DNA of 63,400 bases, filler included, from Phoronis australis (Eukaryota; Animalia; Phoronida): NCBI GenBank assembly GCA_002633005.1. It is 4 parts of 4 records of this genome, joined end to end, with 100 filler letters (N's around TTAATTAATTAA, not from the genome) between each part and the next. Parts side by side here need not be neighbours in the genome. Positions count along the whole stretch, not along the records: positions 23,924 to 28,110 come from NMRA01000021.1; positions 28,211 to 56,815 come from NMRA01000005.1; 2 more parts are not named here. One strand, given 5' to 3'. Both the position numbers and the translations under genes were made by a program. Under the pieces are notes generated by a model. That model did not search any database. It saw nothing but the letters and a program-made list of their open reading frames with translations, and was not told the DNA's origin. The stretch's first letter is position 1. Every line of letters starts with the position of its first letter. Positions 24,079-36,354 of the stretch are shown in pieces.

Positions 24079-26277
24079 GCTTTTGAGGTCCAAAATTCAA
24101 TTTTTTGCCAATGTCATTTTAATAAGAATAAGTCATTTAATTCCTAAGGTGCTCTAGACTATAAATAACAAGAGACCTAAAGAAATATAAGCCAAGTTAC
24201 TGTTGTGCTGGACTCAACGAGTCATGTCTGCTCTGACCTGCTATGCTATGTTTTATGGAAAAAGTCAATACAGGGCATTTTTAAGCGGTAGCAAACTGTC
24301 GCCTACTTTACTGAGCATTTTTGTCACACCCTCACTGACTACAGTCGCTCTTGTTGTGTTTTTCAGCGTCTTCGGTGGCTGGTATGAAATTATTTGATAG
24401 CATTGTTTACACCGTCACATCTTGCATATTTTTGTTCATGCAATCTTTTTAAGAATTTGACTAACTTTTTTTCTGCTCAGCTTCGAGGAGATTAAACCGA
24501 TGTTAAGAAATGAAAGAGGAAATTGTTGAAGACCATAGGAAGAACAGATGCAACAGGGAGAGAAATATATATCTGCTGGAATATTTTCTGAATCTCGAAA
24601 AAATGCCATCGTGGATTAAGAAATTCATAATTATACCTGTGTGAAGCATGATGTGATATTAGTTAACCCCTCTCTTTAAAATTGAAAAGAAGACATGAGT
24701 TAAAGAGCTGGATGAAAAGCTAATCATACTAATCACTAAATAGAGATCAGCATCTCATAAGTTAGATCTATATACATATTCCCACAACATAACAAGGCTC
24801 GACATAACAAGCTGCAGGTCGCATTTGCGACGTAAGATTCGGAAATGTGAACTGACATTTTTTCCAGCTCGTAGCAAGTCGCAAAATGCAACCTAGAATT
24901 TCCAACGTATGCGAGCGGAGTTTTTACACTTCTCGGCAGACACCAGGCAAATACAAAGCAACTCGTGTGAACCCGACCGTTATAATGGTCGTTGCCAAAT
25001 CAAGTTCAAAAGAACACTAACCGAGTACAGCCCTCCCAAAGACTTGTAAGCATGTCACGTGAACATAGGAAAATACAGAATCGATCTTTGACGTGTTTCA
25101 TTGGCTAAAACTTTCGGCTACTTTTGCAAATTTCCGGATATGATGAAGAAAGTTTCCGACCACGATAAAACGTCACAAAACAGCAGTGTTTCTACTAATC
25201 CTGAGATGAACCACTTGCCAAACATAGGGGTGGAAAAACATTTGTTTTATTTACGATGTCCTCACTATCAAATATCCACGACAAAATCCCTAGTAACGCA
25301 ATGCGGCACTGAGTCGTCTGTCACATGTTTTGTTGCCAACGCAAAATGTAGGCCTACTCCACGGGCGTACCACTCCAAAGCTGCACATCAAAAGAGAACT
25401 GCGATAGTCCTAAAAGAGTATACCGGCTTGGCTCTGTTAAGCCCTCGCGTACCAATGGTTTATTTGACAATGAACTTAGTAGATTCCCGGCGGTTAAGAA
25501 AGGCCCGCCGCTTTACGATATTCCCCGGGATCAATGTACCCCACAACTGATATTCACCTGTTCCGATGTTCCCGGGTCGATGTTCCCAAGCTAGGCCCGA
25601 TGATCTATGCCCGTAGCTAGCTTTTGCAACTAAACGGGTAGATGCGAAAGTGTGTGCCTACTCCCTACCTTTGAAGTGTTTCATAATAAGCGCCCACTGC
25701 TCTACTAAGCAGGGATATACTTAGCCACTTGCCCACTCGCCAATGCGAGTAAAAATGGTGCTGTGCGATTAGAAGTTGACTTGCCGGTCGCCCAGGTGGC
25801 AAGCGAATTTTCAGAGCGCAAAAGCACTATATCGCTTCCCAGATGCGTGAACATGAATAAATTTTCTCCTCCTTGTGCTGTTTTTAGCATGAATTTAAGG
25901 TTCAGTTTGGTCAGCGTGCCGATGCTCCGGCAGTAAAAAACATCCGCGAAGTGCAACCCTACCGATTCAGTAGATGTCACCCGTTGCGCGATTCATCTAG
26001 ACACAGGATCACAGTGTAGGGTAGTGCACAAAATTAAGGAATTTGTGGACTAGTGCGAAACGAAGAAAAGGGGGAAAGGCAGAGGACCAGCCCATGTGCT
26101 CACAGCAAGTGAAATACCATACTTCTTGGAACTAATTTCTTATTGTAATGTACACTGTCATTTTAGCCAAAATTATTTTACAGAATTCCCCCGAGTACTA
26201 CCACGAGACTTGAAAGTTGATCACAGAAAGTGGACAGCAAACAACACCAAATGTTTTAAGTAATTTGTATTGGTAGA

Positions 26278-27215
26278 TCAACGTATACAATTATTGCAAT
26301 ACAAAGTCTGCCAAGGTTTTAGATTCTCTGTTGATAGGTCTCTTGTAATATTTGCTAAATGTCGAAGGCTGTGACCAACCACCTGCCTTCATAATCTCCT
26401 CAACAGTGGCTCCAGACACACTAGCTTGCTAACAGAAGCTGATCTAACACTACCGGGTTTATATACATTGACATTTATACCAGCCTCCGATAAGACGTTT
26501 CGGATCCATCGCCGTACAGTTACCAGTATCACCTGTGGCTGCTTTATACGGTCTAGTAACGGTAAGAAATAGTGCTTTACATGACCCCCGATAGTCTAGA
26601 GTACGTTTTAAGTACAGTCAAATAATGATAAATGCACAACCGCTTATCTGACGGAAAAACTTCAGGTGTAACAGTTCAGGTTTATAATTAAGACGGCCTT
26701 GTTTAAGATCCTTGCTTGCAATGGTAAAGGTAAATTTAGAGGCTGAAATGTTCATGGAATCTACCTTAAGGGCAGAGATGATCTGCAGACGTTGTCCAGT
26801 GAGAATTAGTATAAGCATAACAGTCTTCATAGTTAATTTCGCTATTGGTAACAACTTAGCCGGACCCCATGACTTTAGGAAATCTAACACTACATTCACG
26901 TCCCAGGTAGCAACATAACGAGGCCGAGGGGGTTCACATTTGCAACACCCTTCATAAAACGTACATCTGGATTAGAACCAAAGGTCTCATTGCCTGGTAA
27001 AATCATAACAGAAGAAAGTGCAGAGCAGGCAGTATTAGGACACTGTAGTCCTTATTATGGTTGACAAGTGTTTGGAGAAAAGAAAGTCCCTCTCCTACAG
27101 GTGCAAACACTGGAGCAATGTTCCTCTGACTACAATAGAGAATCCACTGTTTGATGTAGCAGCTGTAGAGGTCTGAAGAGGACTTTCGTTGGGACGCCAT
27201 GATGGTGGTGATGAC
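26278..27215 (-). pseudogene. DIRS tyrosine recombinase, frameshifted
   Basis: LYSCYIKQWILYC; KTVMLILILTGQRLQ; RRWIRNVLSEAGI..KPGSVRSAS; EIMKAGGWSQPSTFSKYY. Confidence 0.85.
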
Positions 27216-27259
27216 AGATGGGCTGTATCCTTTTGTTTGTAGAGCCTGCCTGACAAGTG

Positions 27260-27660
27260 CGTCACCATCAGGTAGAGTTTGTCCATGGGCCGGGCCTGAG
27301 GGCTAGAAGGTAAAACCAAAGTATGATTTGTAGCTGGAATGATAAACGGTGTCCCTATGATCATGGGAGTCATCATAGTAAACCAGGGCTTTGTTGGCCA
27401 GAAGGGCACAATGATAATACCATCAGCCTCGTCCATAATCCATTTTTGAATGACTGCATTCAAAATCGCGAATGGTGGAAAAGCATAAATCAATTTGTAA
27501 TTCCCCCAATGACACATAAAGCTATCCACCAATGCAGCTTCTGGGTCTGGTTGCCAAGAGCAAAAGGGTTTCACCTTATAATTAAGTCTTGATGCGAACA
27601 AATCAATGGAAGGGGTCCCAAATTTGAGCAAATTATCTGAAAAAGATGTGGAAGTAATGT
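27260..27660 (-). pseudogene. DIRS adenine methyltransferase-like domain
   Basis: IDLFASRLNYKV..DSF..W..YAFPPF..IIIVPFWPTKPWF; frameshifted relative to RNase H. Confidence 0.82.
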
Positions 27661-28110
27661 CCACTCGGTTCCATCTTTGAAAACCCGGGATGCTGTGTCT
27701 GCAGCGACATTTTGTTTACCAGGGCAAAAGCCAGCTGACAACCAAATGTTTCTCTCGAGTAACCAGAGCCAGATTTTTCGGGTAACCTTGTTACAGCGAT
27801 ATGAGTGTACAGAGCCCTAATGACGTATACACTGCGTTGTTGTTGTGTTGTCAGTCATGACCCGTAAATGAGTATTTCTCATGTCCGCAAATACAGATTG
27901 TAAGGAATAATAAACTGCAGTGAGTTCAAGCTCATTAATATGCCAAGTAATTGCAGTGTAATCCCAATGCCCACCAAACGTATTATTCCGAGAAGGAATA
28001 TTGCAACCCCATCCCTGTAAACTAGCATCGGTGAAGAACACACAGTCAGGGTCACCGAGGTACACTGGAGCAAAGCAGTGAGCAACATTAGTGGTCCACC
28101 AAGATAGATC
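27660..28110 (-). pseudogene. DIRS RNase H domain
   Basis: FTDASLQGWG..HINELELTAV..VMTDNTT..(stop)..PGKQNVAADTASR. Confidence 0.88.
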
Positions 28111-28210
28111 NNNNNNNNNNNNNNNNNNNNNNNNNNNNNNNNNNNNNNNNNNNNTTAATTAATTAANNNNNNNNNNNNNNNNNNNNNNNNNNNNNNNNNN
28201 NNNNNNNNNN
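28111..28210. other. artificial contig spacer
   Basis: N44-TTAATTAATTAA-N44. Confidence 0.98.
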
Positions 28211-29023
28211 TGTGAGCACATTTATCTCTTAATGAGTAACAACTGCGAGGCTGAAATTTGGTGAACACTGTTGAATCGTGCAGAATAGTAAGTAAAGATA
28301 TGTCTAACTAAATTTCACCGTAATTTGTTGGCGAAAACAATTTACACAAAGTTTTAAACTCGTAACTTATCCCGCTGTCCTCCAATATGGCCGACACGAT
28401 CCAAACAAAGTGACCCAAATTTCGCCACAAAACTTGCAATAACTTTACACTGCTTGCCCCGATTTTGATACTTTTTCGATTTTTACTGAGTAGAATGTAC
28501 TACCTTTCCGATGATAGTAAAGTAATTTTTCAAGACGAGGAAAAAAATAAAACGGAAAAAACTGGTTCGACCCATATTGGTTCCTAGGTTCGACCCGCCT
28601 ACGTGAGGAACTAAACACCAATGCTATTTTAACATACTAAGTACGCGTAACATTTCAAAAAAAATCAACGACCACTAACTACAAACTATAAATACACTAC
28701 ATATGCAAACGAATCACGATATATTACTAATAAAACAAAATAATGAAGACTTTTCGAGCAAGCCATAGCACCACATTCAGTAACAAGGAAAAAATGGCGG
28801 CGTTCAGGACAAGTTCCTGAACTGATGAGCCGGAAATGTGGGTACGGAAATAACCGATGACAACCGGTAATCATACGCTCAGAGAGAAGGGTCAACTACT
28901 GTTAAAAAATCGCTTTTGGCAAGAAAGGCGAAAAGAATAAAAAGAAAGGGTGTTGTAAATAAGAATTTATGTAGCAAGTATTTTCGGATACTGGTAAAAC
29001 ATGGGCAGTTTGCAACAAGGACT
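28211..29023 (+). mobile_element. right end of an interspersed DNA element, homologous to 41919-42712 (Kolobok-like)
   Basis: About 800 bp collinear with 41919-42712; both stop at ...aggact followed by TTAA, then diverge. Confidence 0.7.
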
Positions 29024-29098
29024 TTAATTCATTATTCACTGGCGACACCTGGCTAAATTTTCTGGTGCAATTTCCGGTAAGTACGTCGTCAGCTAATC

Positions 29099-29293
29099 AT
29101 GGTCGGCTACTATGTGGCCGGTTGTTCGGCCACACACGCGAAATGCAAAGGAATTAGCTTCCATACCATCCGAAGACCCCATAATTGGCTGTGGGAAGAA
29201 AACCTTACTTCTTGTGTCAACGTGAATGGCAGTCTTTTCAGCAATAAGACTTTATACAGTTGTTCAAGGCACTTCGAAGATGAATGTTTTTAA
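29099..29293 (+). pseudogene. degenerate THAP zinc-finger exon of a DNA transposon
   Basis: MVGYYVAGCS..ISFH..W..CSRHFEDECF fits C-x-V-x-G-C...FH...W...CSxHF, but the first Cys and the FP are lost. Confidence 0.75.
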
Positions 29294-29330
29294 GAGACTC
29301 TACTACATGTACTTAACTGTCTTAATCCTG

Positions 29331-30228
29331 TGTCAGACGATTGTCTGTGTGGGTTTGTTTAAAAGGTAGCTATGCTTTGAAGTTGTGCGTAGATGGAGAG
29401 TGAATAATCAAATCCAGTAATTAATTTATTATATGATAACCCCTAATCAGACAAATGAAACCTTTTGTTAATTAAGTAATCAACTACAAAGAGAAACTAC
29501 GCTAGCGCCCTCTTTAAAGATTACTTTAATCAAACAACCAAACGATCAAACGTCTTATCTGCTATCCAAGCTAGGACTCTCCACTTGTTGGATGTCTGTC
29601 CTGTTGGTGAATCTTCGAACTACACACACTGTATAGCGACAGTGTACTTGCTGGTCACCCTCTTTGGTGATTCAACACTTGCAGGCAATTTCTTCTACCC
29701 GCGAATCTTCTTGCTGGTCACAGTCTCTGGCTGATGACGCAACACTTCAAGTAGTATCTCACTACCCACAATGCAAGTGACAAGCTCTTAGTTAACTTCC
29801 GGTTCGTTAACCCTTGCCCTTGCCAAGATCCTTTCTAGAATCTTCCACGAGATGGCTCTGTCGTACAACTGCTTCTGTACACTGTAGCAAGTCTTTATGC
29901 TTCCACTACTATAGCGCATCTCATTATCTTGTTGATTTCAGCCCATAATATAACATTCTACTTATTTAGTGATTGGCTAATAAAAACCACATGATCATAT
30001 CCACTCGTATTATTGGCTGTTACAATTTGTTCTCAGAATATTCTAGAATCTCTAGAGTACTTTGACCCCAGAACCCAAAGTTGTAAACACCATTTAAAAA
30101 TAGATTTTGACGTTAAAATACATGTCAACAAGTCTGACCCCATGATTTAAAAGTACATATGCACAAATTTTGGGCAACTTAAAATGGATCTATTCTTACT
30201 AATTACTTAATCAATATTTATTCTGACA
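29331..30228. mobile_element. solo LTR (898 bp)
   Basis: TGTCAGA...TCTGACA termini with an exact 5-bp TSD TCCTG at 29326-29330 and 30229-30233; no ORF. Confidence 0.85.
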
Positions 30229-30969
30229 TCCTGTCTTCACAAATCCATTTTTATTTTCTCCGTTTTGATGATAACTATCTGGTAAACTTTTTGACGAAAA
30301 TTATCCTCTGAATTTCTTCCAAAGGTAGTGACTAGTAAACTCTTGTCCTTATGAGGAAGTTCAGCGATAGCCTAGTGAGCGAATTAACCAAATTACTCTT
30401 CGCTGGCCCTGATCAGACTGTTGGTCTCAGCAGAATGCGCACATTTGGCCAGGATTTGGATCAGCGATTTCATCAAATTCACATTCGTGTACAAATAAAT
30501 AGAACGCTGGTAAAACCTTTAACATTAATAAAGATTACATTAATACTTCATAAATAACCACCCGGACCAGTCAAAATCTATCTCGCAATTCAAGAGCAGG
30601 TTACACACTCATTTCATGTCGATTATATGCCGCACAAAATCTCTACTCACTACTGCAGTCTATGAAAATGCAACCAACTTCTTTGAAAACATGGAACAGG
30701 AACACCAGAGGGGTGTAAAGGTTGTTTTTATTCTTCAATGTTAAATTTTTTGTAAGTGGACATGTTTTTTTAAATTTCCGCCTTAAGTCCTAACATTTCT
30801 AAACTTAGCCTTTCAAACGAACGTTTACGACGAAAACAAAATTCTTCAACCAGTTTTGTAAAGTCCTATGCCACCTGTAGGGTACATAATGAGCCAATCC
30901 CACTCCTAATGTAACAAAAGGGTCACCGTGCATAAAGGGTACTATAAGTATTGCCCTTCTGAAATATTA

Positions 30970-31500
30970 CCGTATGCGCCCTAATAAGCGGCCAGGGTGC
31001 TTAGAAAAATTCAGAAAGGGGGCGCTGATTATAGCCCAAAAGTGGTTGAAACCCGGTCTCCGAAACAGGTAAAATCGTAAGCTAGAATTCATCAAAGTTA
31101 CGCTCTGTGACGCATCTGTAACTTATGAACAGAGTTTCTACAAAACTGCTGTGCATTGCTTTCAAACTTTGTGGTCAACTTACGAGCATTTTTCAGAAAA
31201 TACCACTGCCAAAAATTGCCGTGAATCAGGTTTCAAGCTCCTCAGCTTGGTTTAACTATATATTAATAAACCATAAAAATGGTTCCAAGTGATCAGTGCA
31301 ATGCCTGCGCACGTCTAATAAATGTGTATCATGCAGCTCTTGATTTAAACAAAGGTCTGTTTTTTAATTTTGGTCCGGTATAAATAACGCCACAGACCTG
31401 GAAATCCAGCGAATCACTTCTACCTTACAAATCTGACAATCCCTAGTCTAAGAAAATTTGAGCACCCGGCAAAAGATACAAATATTGAAATTCTGGTGAT
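30970..31500 (+). mobile_element. left end of a pogo/Tigger-like non-autonomous element
   Basis: TA-CCGTATGCGCCCTAATAAGCGGCC start; no right end seen. Confidence 0.45.
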
Positions 31501-31511
31501 GATAATCACCC

Positions 31512-32720
31512 ACTTTATTTTTTATTTTTATAATACGTTTATTTACCCAGAAAGCATATCATTAATGAATAGTAGATACGGCTGGGGTTGGGTAGCCCCA
31601 ACTACGTATCTTTACAACTTACTAGAGTATAATACATCATCTTAATTAAACAAATAAGTATCTGGAAATTACTCCTAATGATTGGGCGAATAATTAGCCG
31701 AGAATAATATGAAAGGGGGGGAAACGGGAAGGCGAAGGACTTTCATACACTCATTCACACTCACATTCACACGATTTAAGTAACTTAACTTATGTTTACA
31801 TTTACGTAGGTGCATATTTATGAAAAGGTCAATTTTCTTATAATACATCAGAGGTGGTTAAAAAAATAACACCATATATTGTTTGAATCATTTTAAAGAG
31901 ATGCCTGCAAAACCCTCCACTGTTCTGAAGTTTTATCCGAGGCATTAAATACAATGAGGGTCACTGCGTCAAAAAGTATACATCTAAACTTATTAAAACA
32001 AGGTTGAGACCTATCTCTCGATGATGTATAAATATAATGTTGGGCATGAGTGTATATGGTATTGAAGATGTCACTTAGATTGCCAAAGAAGCAAACTAAG
32101 AAGTGGTACATAGATGGCTCAGTGTGTAAATTAAAAACTTTACTTATGAAATGATATAAAGAATTCCAGAAACGTTTAACACAGACGCAACTGTAAAACA
32201 TATACTGAAAAGTCTGGACTTCGCCACAGTAGGGACATTGGTCTGTTTGTGAAATACCAAATATTTTTAACATTTTGTTTGTATAAATTCTTTTGTAAAT
32301 GAAAAAGTATTTAAACATTGACAAATGAGGGTTTATGGGTAGATTAAAAGGGAGACTATATATTTCTTTAATTTTGGCGTCTGTGTAGTAGTTGAGTAAA
32401 AACGCATAATTATCTGCTTTTACAGAAAACTTGTGAATAAATGTGTTTTTGATCCATGGAGTGGAACTATTGAAGAATAAAAATCTAATGTTATTACAAC
32501 TAACAATCCTTCTATCTGACGGACCCAGAACTTTCTTCAAGGTCGTTGTGGCGGAATAAAATGGTATGATAGACGTATCCTTTAAGTTATAATTTTTCTT
32601 AATGCTTTCCCATTTAAGAAGTTTGTTCTGGCTATCTAAAAAATCTTCACAAAATATGAGGCCTGCATTGTACAGATCTTGGTAAAATAATGATTTCCCG
32701 TTAACATTTAAGTTACAATT
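31512..32720 (-). mobile_element. L1/Tx1-clade LINE 3' fragment
   Basis: ORF2 C-terminus NVNGKSLFY..RIYTNKML..CPYCGEVQTFQYMFYSC..KRFW (decayed CCHC), then a 3' UTR and A-rich tail. Confidence 0.8.
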
Positions 32721-32957
32721 GTTTGTTTATTTACTTCACCTCAATTTGAAATACTTGGTAAAATGAAGCCCATTCGAGTAAGCATCATGTGGGTCCCAAT
32801 GCCAACCCAATATATGATAGAACTCAACAAGCTCAAGTTGCAGTCAAATCAGGATGGGCATAAATAAGGAAATTTACTGTATCAACAGATTGGCCAAATA
32901 AGAATAAGATACAGAGTGTTGCTACAGTGCACACGTGCACAATACTTGGTCTATTAT

Positions 32958-33938
32958 CATAGGCGGATTTAGGGGGGCCGCCCTACCCCCCCCCCTTGGC
33001 TGCCGCAAAAAAAAATTAAACAGCAAGAGCGTAGGGAAATGTTGAGTTTATTAATTAACCCCGGTAATTAAAATTATACGGATGAAAAAAGATTTAAATG
33101 TGTACAGTTTTAGTGTTGGGGGGGCTCAAATCCAGTTTCAAGTGTCAAATTCGGAACACGGCGCATTCGTAACGGAACTATGGCTAGTATAGGCTCTCCC
33201 GCGATATTCCAGGTGACCGGCAGTGGCGCTGAGCACTACGACTCGTCTGCTCCACTGTGCAATGAAGAAAATTTACTTCATTTTTTAAAGAAAATGGAAC
33301 CTGAGTGACGATGAAAAAACAGAAGCTGCTGGTAAGATGTGAATTTCAATCGAAGCCTTAGTGAATCACTCAGAAACTCGCAATACTCTCTTTGTCAAAC
33401 CTTATCTTAAGATGATTTCCAAAGCAATCCCGTCATTATTGCCAACACGAAAAACGGATTTGGTCTTTTGGGCATTTGAAGACTATTTTAAATACGACAA
33501 ATTTGTTAAGAATTGATGGCACAAAATATAAAACGTGTAATAAGCATTACAAAAAGAAGTAGGTTTCGCGCGCAAACGCTGTGGACCATAAACAAGTAGG
33601 TCTCTTAGTATGAGATTAGTAGTTAAATCGTGGTGGTGTAGTGGTAACGCACGCGCGCTCTATGCGCAAGGTCGTGAGTTCGAGTCTTTGGTACTTGCAG
33701 TTTTTCCTTTTTAACACGTTCTCCTGTTTTTCTTGGATAATACTTCAGGAATCAAGGAAAATGCTTGATTTTTAGAGGTAAATACAGAAAAATTTCCTGG
33801 GCGGGAGGGGGGCAAACCCCCGCCTCCCGACCTCCCCCCATTCGGTGCTATACGCATCTACAATCGTGGTTCAGTTTGCGCAAATGCTAACAGCCGGACA
33901 AAATGTTGCCCCCTTGTGATATCCTAGATCCGCCACTG
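32958..33938 (+). mobile_element. hAT5-like MITE (981 bp) with an internal tRNA-like module
   Basis: Termini cataggcggatttagg / cctagatccgccactg; 5-bp ATTAT on both flanks. Related copies at 35071-35778 and 44450-45138. Confidence 0.8.
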
Positions 33939-35070
33939 ATTATTTTCCCACCGTAAATGCATGAACCAATCAGATCACCAACAGCGCAAAGTTTTCGAAA
34001 ACAGCTCGATTTTTAGGGAGTCCTGTTTTACTGTTCTATTTATTTTCAAAACGTTATTGTGTTACATTTAGTTTATTTTCTGTTCAACTCAATGAAGCCA
34101 CATAATATGAATGCATTCAACACAAGTAATGCATTGTAAAAACCAAAAGTTATGCTCTATCAACGTTAGACAAAATCAGTACACCCCTTTCTTAAAAAAT
34201 GGGTTAAAAGTTAGAAACAAAGGACACAAGTTTCCACCACTTGTAACGTCGATTTTCGACATTGATGTTGGGGAGGAACATCAGTCTGGCGACAGCAACA
34301 CGGAATCGCACGAAGGCGATGATTTTCAAAATTTGGTTCGTTTTCGGAGTATGTCTTTTTTCCCTATGGTTCAGGGCTACTTCTGAATCCAGGAACAAGA
34401 ACTGAAAAAGGCAGGGTTCGTGATAACGTTGGAGAACGGTAACATTTATATAAGGTGTTACAACTGTCATCGATATTGTCATCTCCTCTGTTTTCATCCA
34501 ACCTTCCCAGATGAAAACTTGAATGAAGAGGATCTTCAGTACTTGAGTGAGCATGGTATACTGTGTGATTTATGTTGAATTATTCAACGGTTCTTTTAAG
34601 AACCATTTCACGCTATACCTACATGTACAACCAACGGTCCTTTTAAGGGCCACTCAACACTTCTCAGAAGAACTGCTCACTTGAGAATGTTGGCTTATAA
34701 ACATGCTTTCGTCGTTTTTTCAGTAGGCCTATGTGAACCATAAATCAAAAACTGTCCGAAAACTATGCTGCTATTGGGCAAGCAGACGACATAATCAGTC
34801 GGCACCGAAGTTTGAATTTTGTAATTAATTACCAGTAGCAATGCCAAAAGTACTCACAATAACAAAACTTCTACTATTGAAAGACTTTGAAAAGCGTTTC
34901 AATGCCGAAATTAATATTTTTTCGTTGTTTTGGACAGTAAAGTAGATGCAAGTACATGTATTTCTCGTCCAAATACACTAACCGGAAACTGCACCAGAAA
35001 GATCAGGAGAGTTCAGCTCATCACGTAAGGATATGCCAGAGTTGCGAATCTGTTGTCTATAATCTATGGC

Positions 35071-35778
35071 GCAATGAAGAAAATTTACTTCATTTTTTAA
35101 AGAAAATGGAACCTGAGTGACGATGAAAAAACAGAAGCTGCTGGTAAGATGTGAATTTTAATCGAAGTCTTAGTGCATCACTCAGAAACTCATATTCTCT
35201 CTTTGTCAAACCTTAACTTAAGACGAATTCCAAAGCAACTGATCCCGTCTGTCAGACGGGAGCCCGTCATTTTTGCCAACACGAAAAACGGATTTGATCT
35301 TTTGGGCATTTGAAGACTTTTAAATACAACAAATTTGTTACGAACCGATTGCACAAAATATAAAAGGTGTAATAAGCATTACAATAAGAAGTACGTTTGT
35401 TTCTCGCGCAAACGCTGTGGACCATAAACAAGTAGGTTTCTTAGCATTAGGAGTTACATGTAAGTCGTGGTGGTAAGGACGCGCGCTCAATCCGCCAGGT
35501 CGTGAGTTCGAGTCTTTGGTATTTGCAATTTTTCCTGTTTGACACGTTCTCCGTGTTTTTTTTTTGCCTTTTTTCTTGGATAATACTTCAGGAATCAAGG
35601 AAAATGCTTGATTTTTAGAGGAAAAAAATGAAAAATTTCCTGGGCGGGGTTTGCCCCCCTCCCCGGCAACCTCCCCCCATTCGGTGCTAGTGATGCGCAT
35701 CTACAATCGTGGTTTGCGTAAATGCTTAGAGACAAAATGTTGCCTCACCCTCCTTGTGATATCCTAGATCCGCCACTG
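35071..35778 (+). mobile_element. 5'-truncated copy of the 32958-33938 MITE
   Basis: Collinear with 33259-33938, same terminus. Confidence 0.85.
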
Positions 35779-36066
35779 ATTCTCGTAGATATCCTTCATC
35801 GAAGATACGTGTAGAAGTAGAAAGACCGACCACTCAAGAAAGTAGGCGTAAGCGCTTTTTCGTTTAACTGATAGTTTTAAGTGTAGAATGTATTTTTGAC
35901 GAGGTGAGCGGATTTTGCCTACCGCCCGTTTAAAATGCACGGGACGAAATTAACACAGAAAACGATGGGAAGTATTGCAGCCCCTAACCGGCCAACCGAG
36001 GGGCTCCGTGTTGCCCTAGACTAAAACTGTGCTAATGAGCGCAGCCATGTTTGCCAAGCACCCGCG

Positions 36067-36354
36067 CCATCTGGCGTGCGTACTATGAATATGCGAACGA
36101 GTATTGTTTATCTCCGCCCAAGTAATTACAGATATAAGGTAATGACTGAAGAATGATGATCGAGTTAGGGCGATACGAAGTCCTTGATCCACGCAGGTCT
36201 GCGGGTGGCTCCATCTGGCGTGCGTACTATGAATATGCGAACGAGTATTGTTTATCTCCCCCCAAGTCATTACAGATATAAGGTAATGACTGAAGAATGA
36301 TGATCGAGTTAGGGCGAGACGAAGTCCTTGATCCACGCAGGTCTGCGGGTGGCT
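36067..36354. repeat. 144-bp direct tandem duplication
   Basis: ccatctggcgtgcgtactatg...gcgggtggct at 36067 and 36211, with only a few substitutions. Confidence 0.93.

Larger units (their letters stand above)
26100..28110 (-). mobile_element. DIRS-type tyrosine-recombinase retrotransposon, 3' half, decayed and cut by the gap
   Basis: Domain order RT end, RNase H, methyltransferase-like, overlapping YR; contains stops and frameshifts; 3' boundary approximate. Confidence 0.9.

Noticed and set aside
26278-28110. Prophage or bacterial integrase-methylase cassette by horizontal transfer
   Set aside because: The RNase H, MT, YR order and motifs are the standard DIRS layout.
28820-28855. Hammerhead core CTGATGA...GAAA
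   Set aside because: No convincing stem II, and the homologous copy near 42512 reads CTGACAA.
33627-33695. Functional or amber-suppressor tRNA (the loop can be read as CTA)
   Set aside because: Acceptor and anticodon stems pair poorly and the loop differs among copies.
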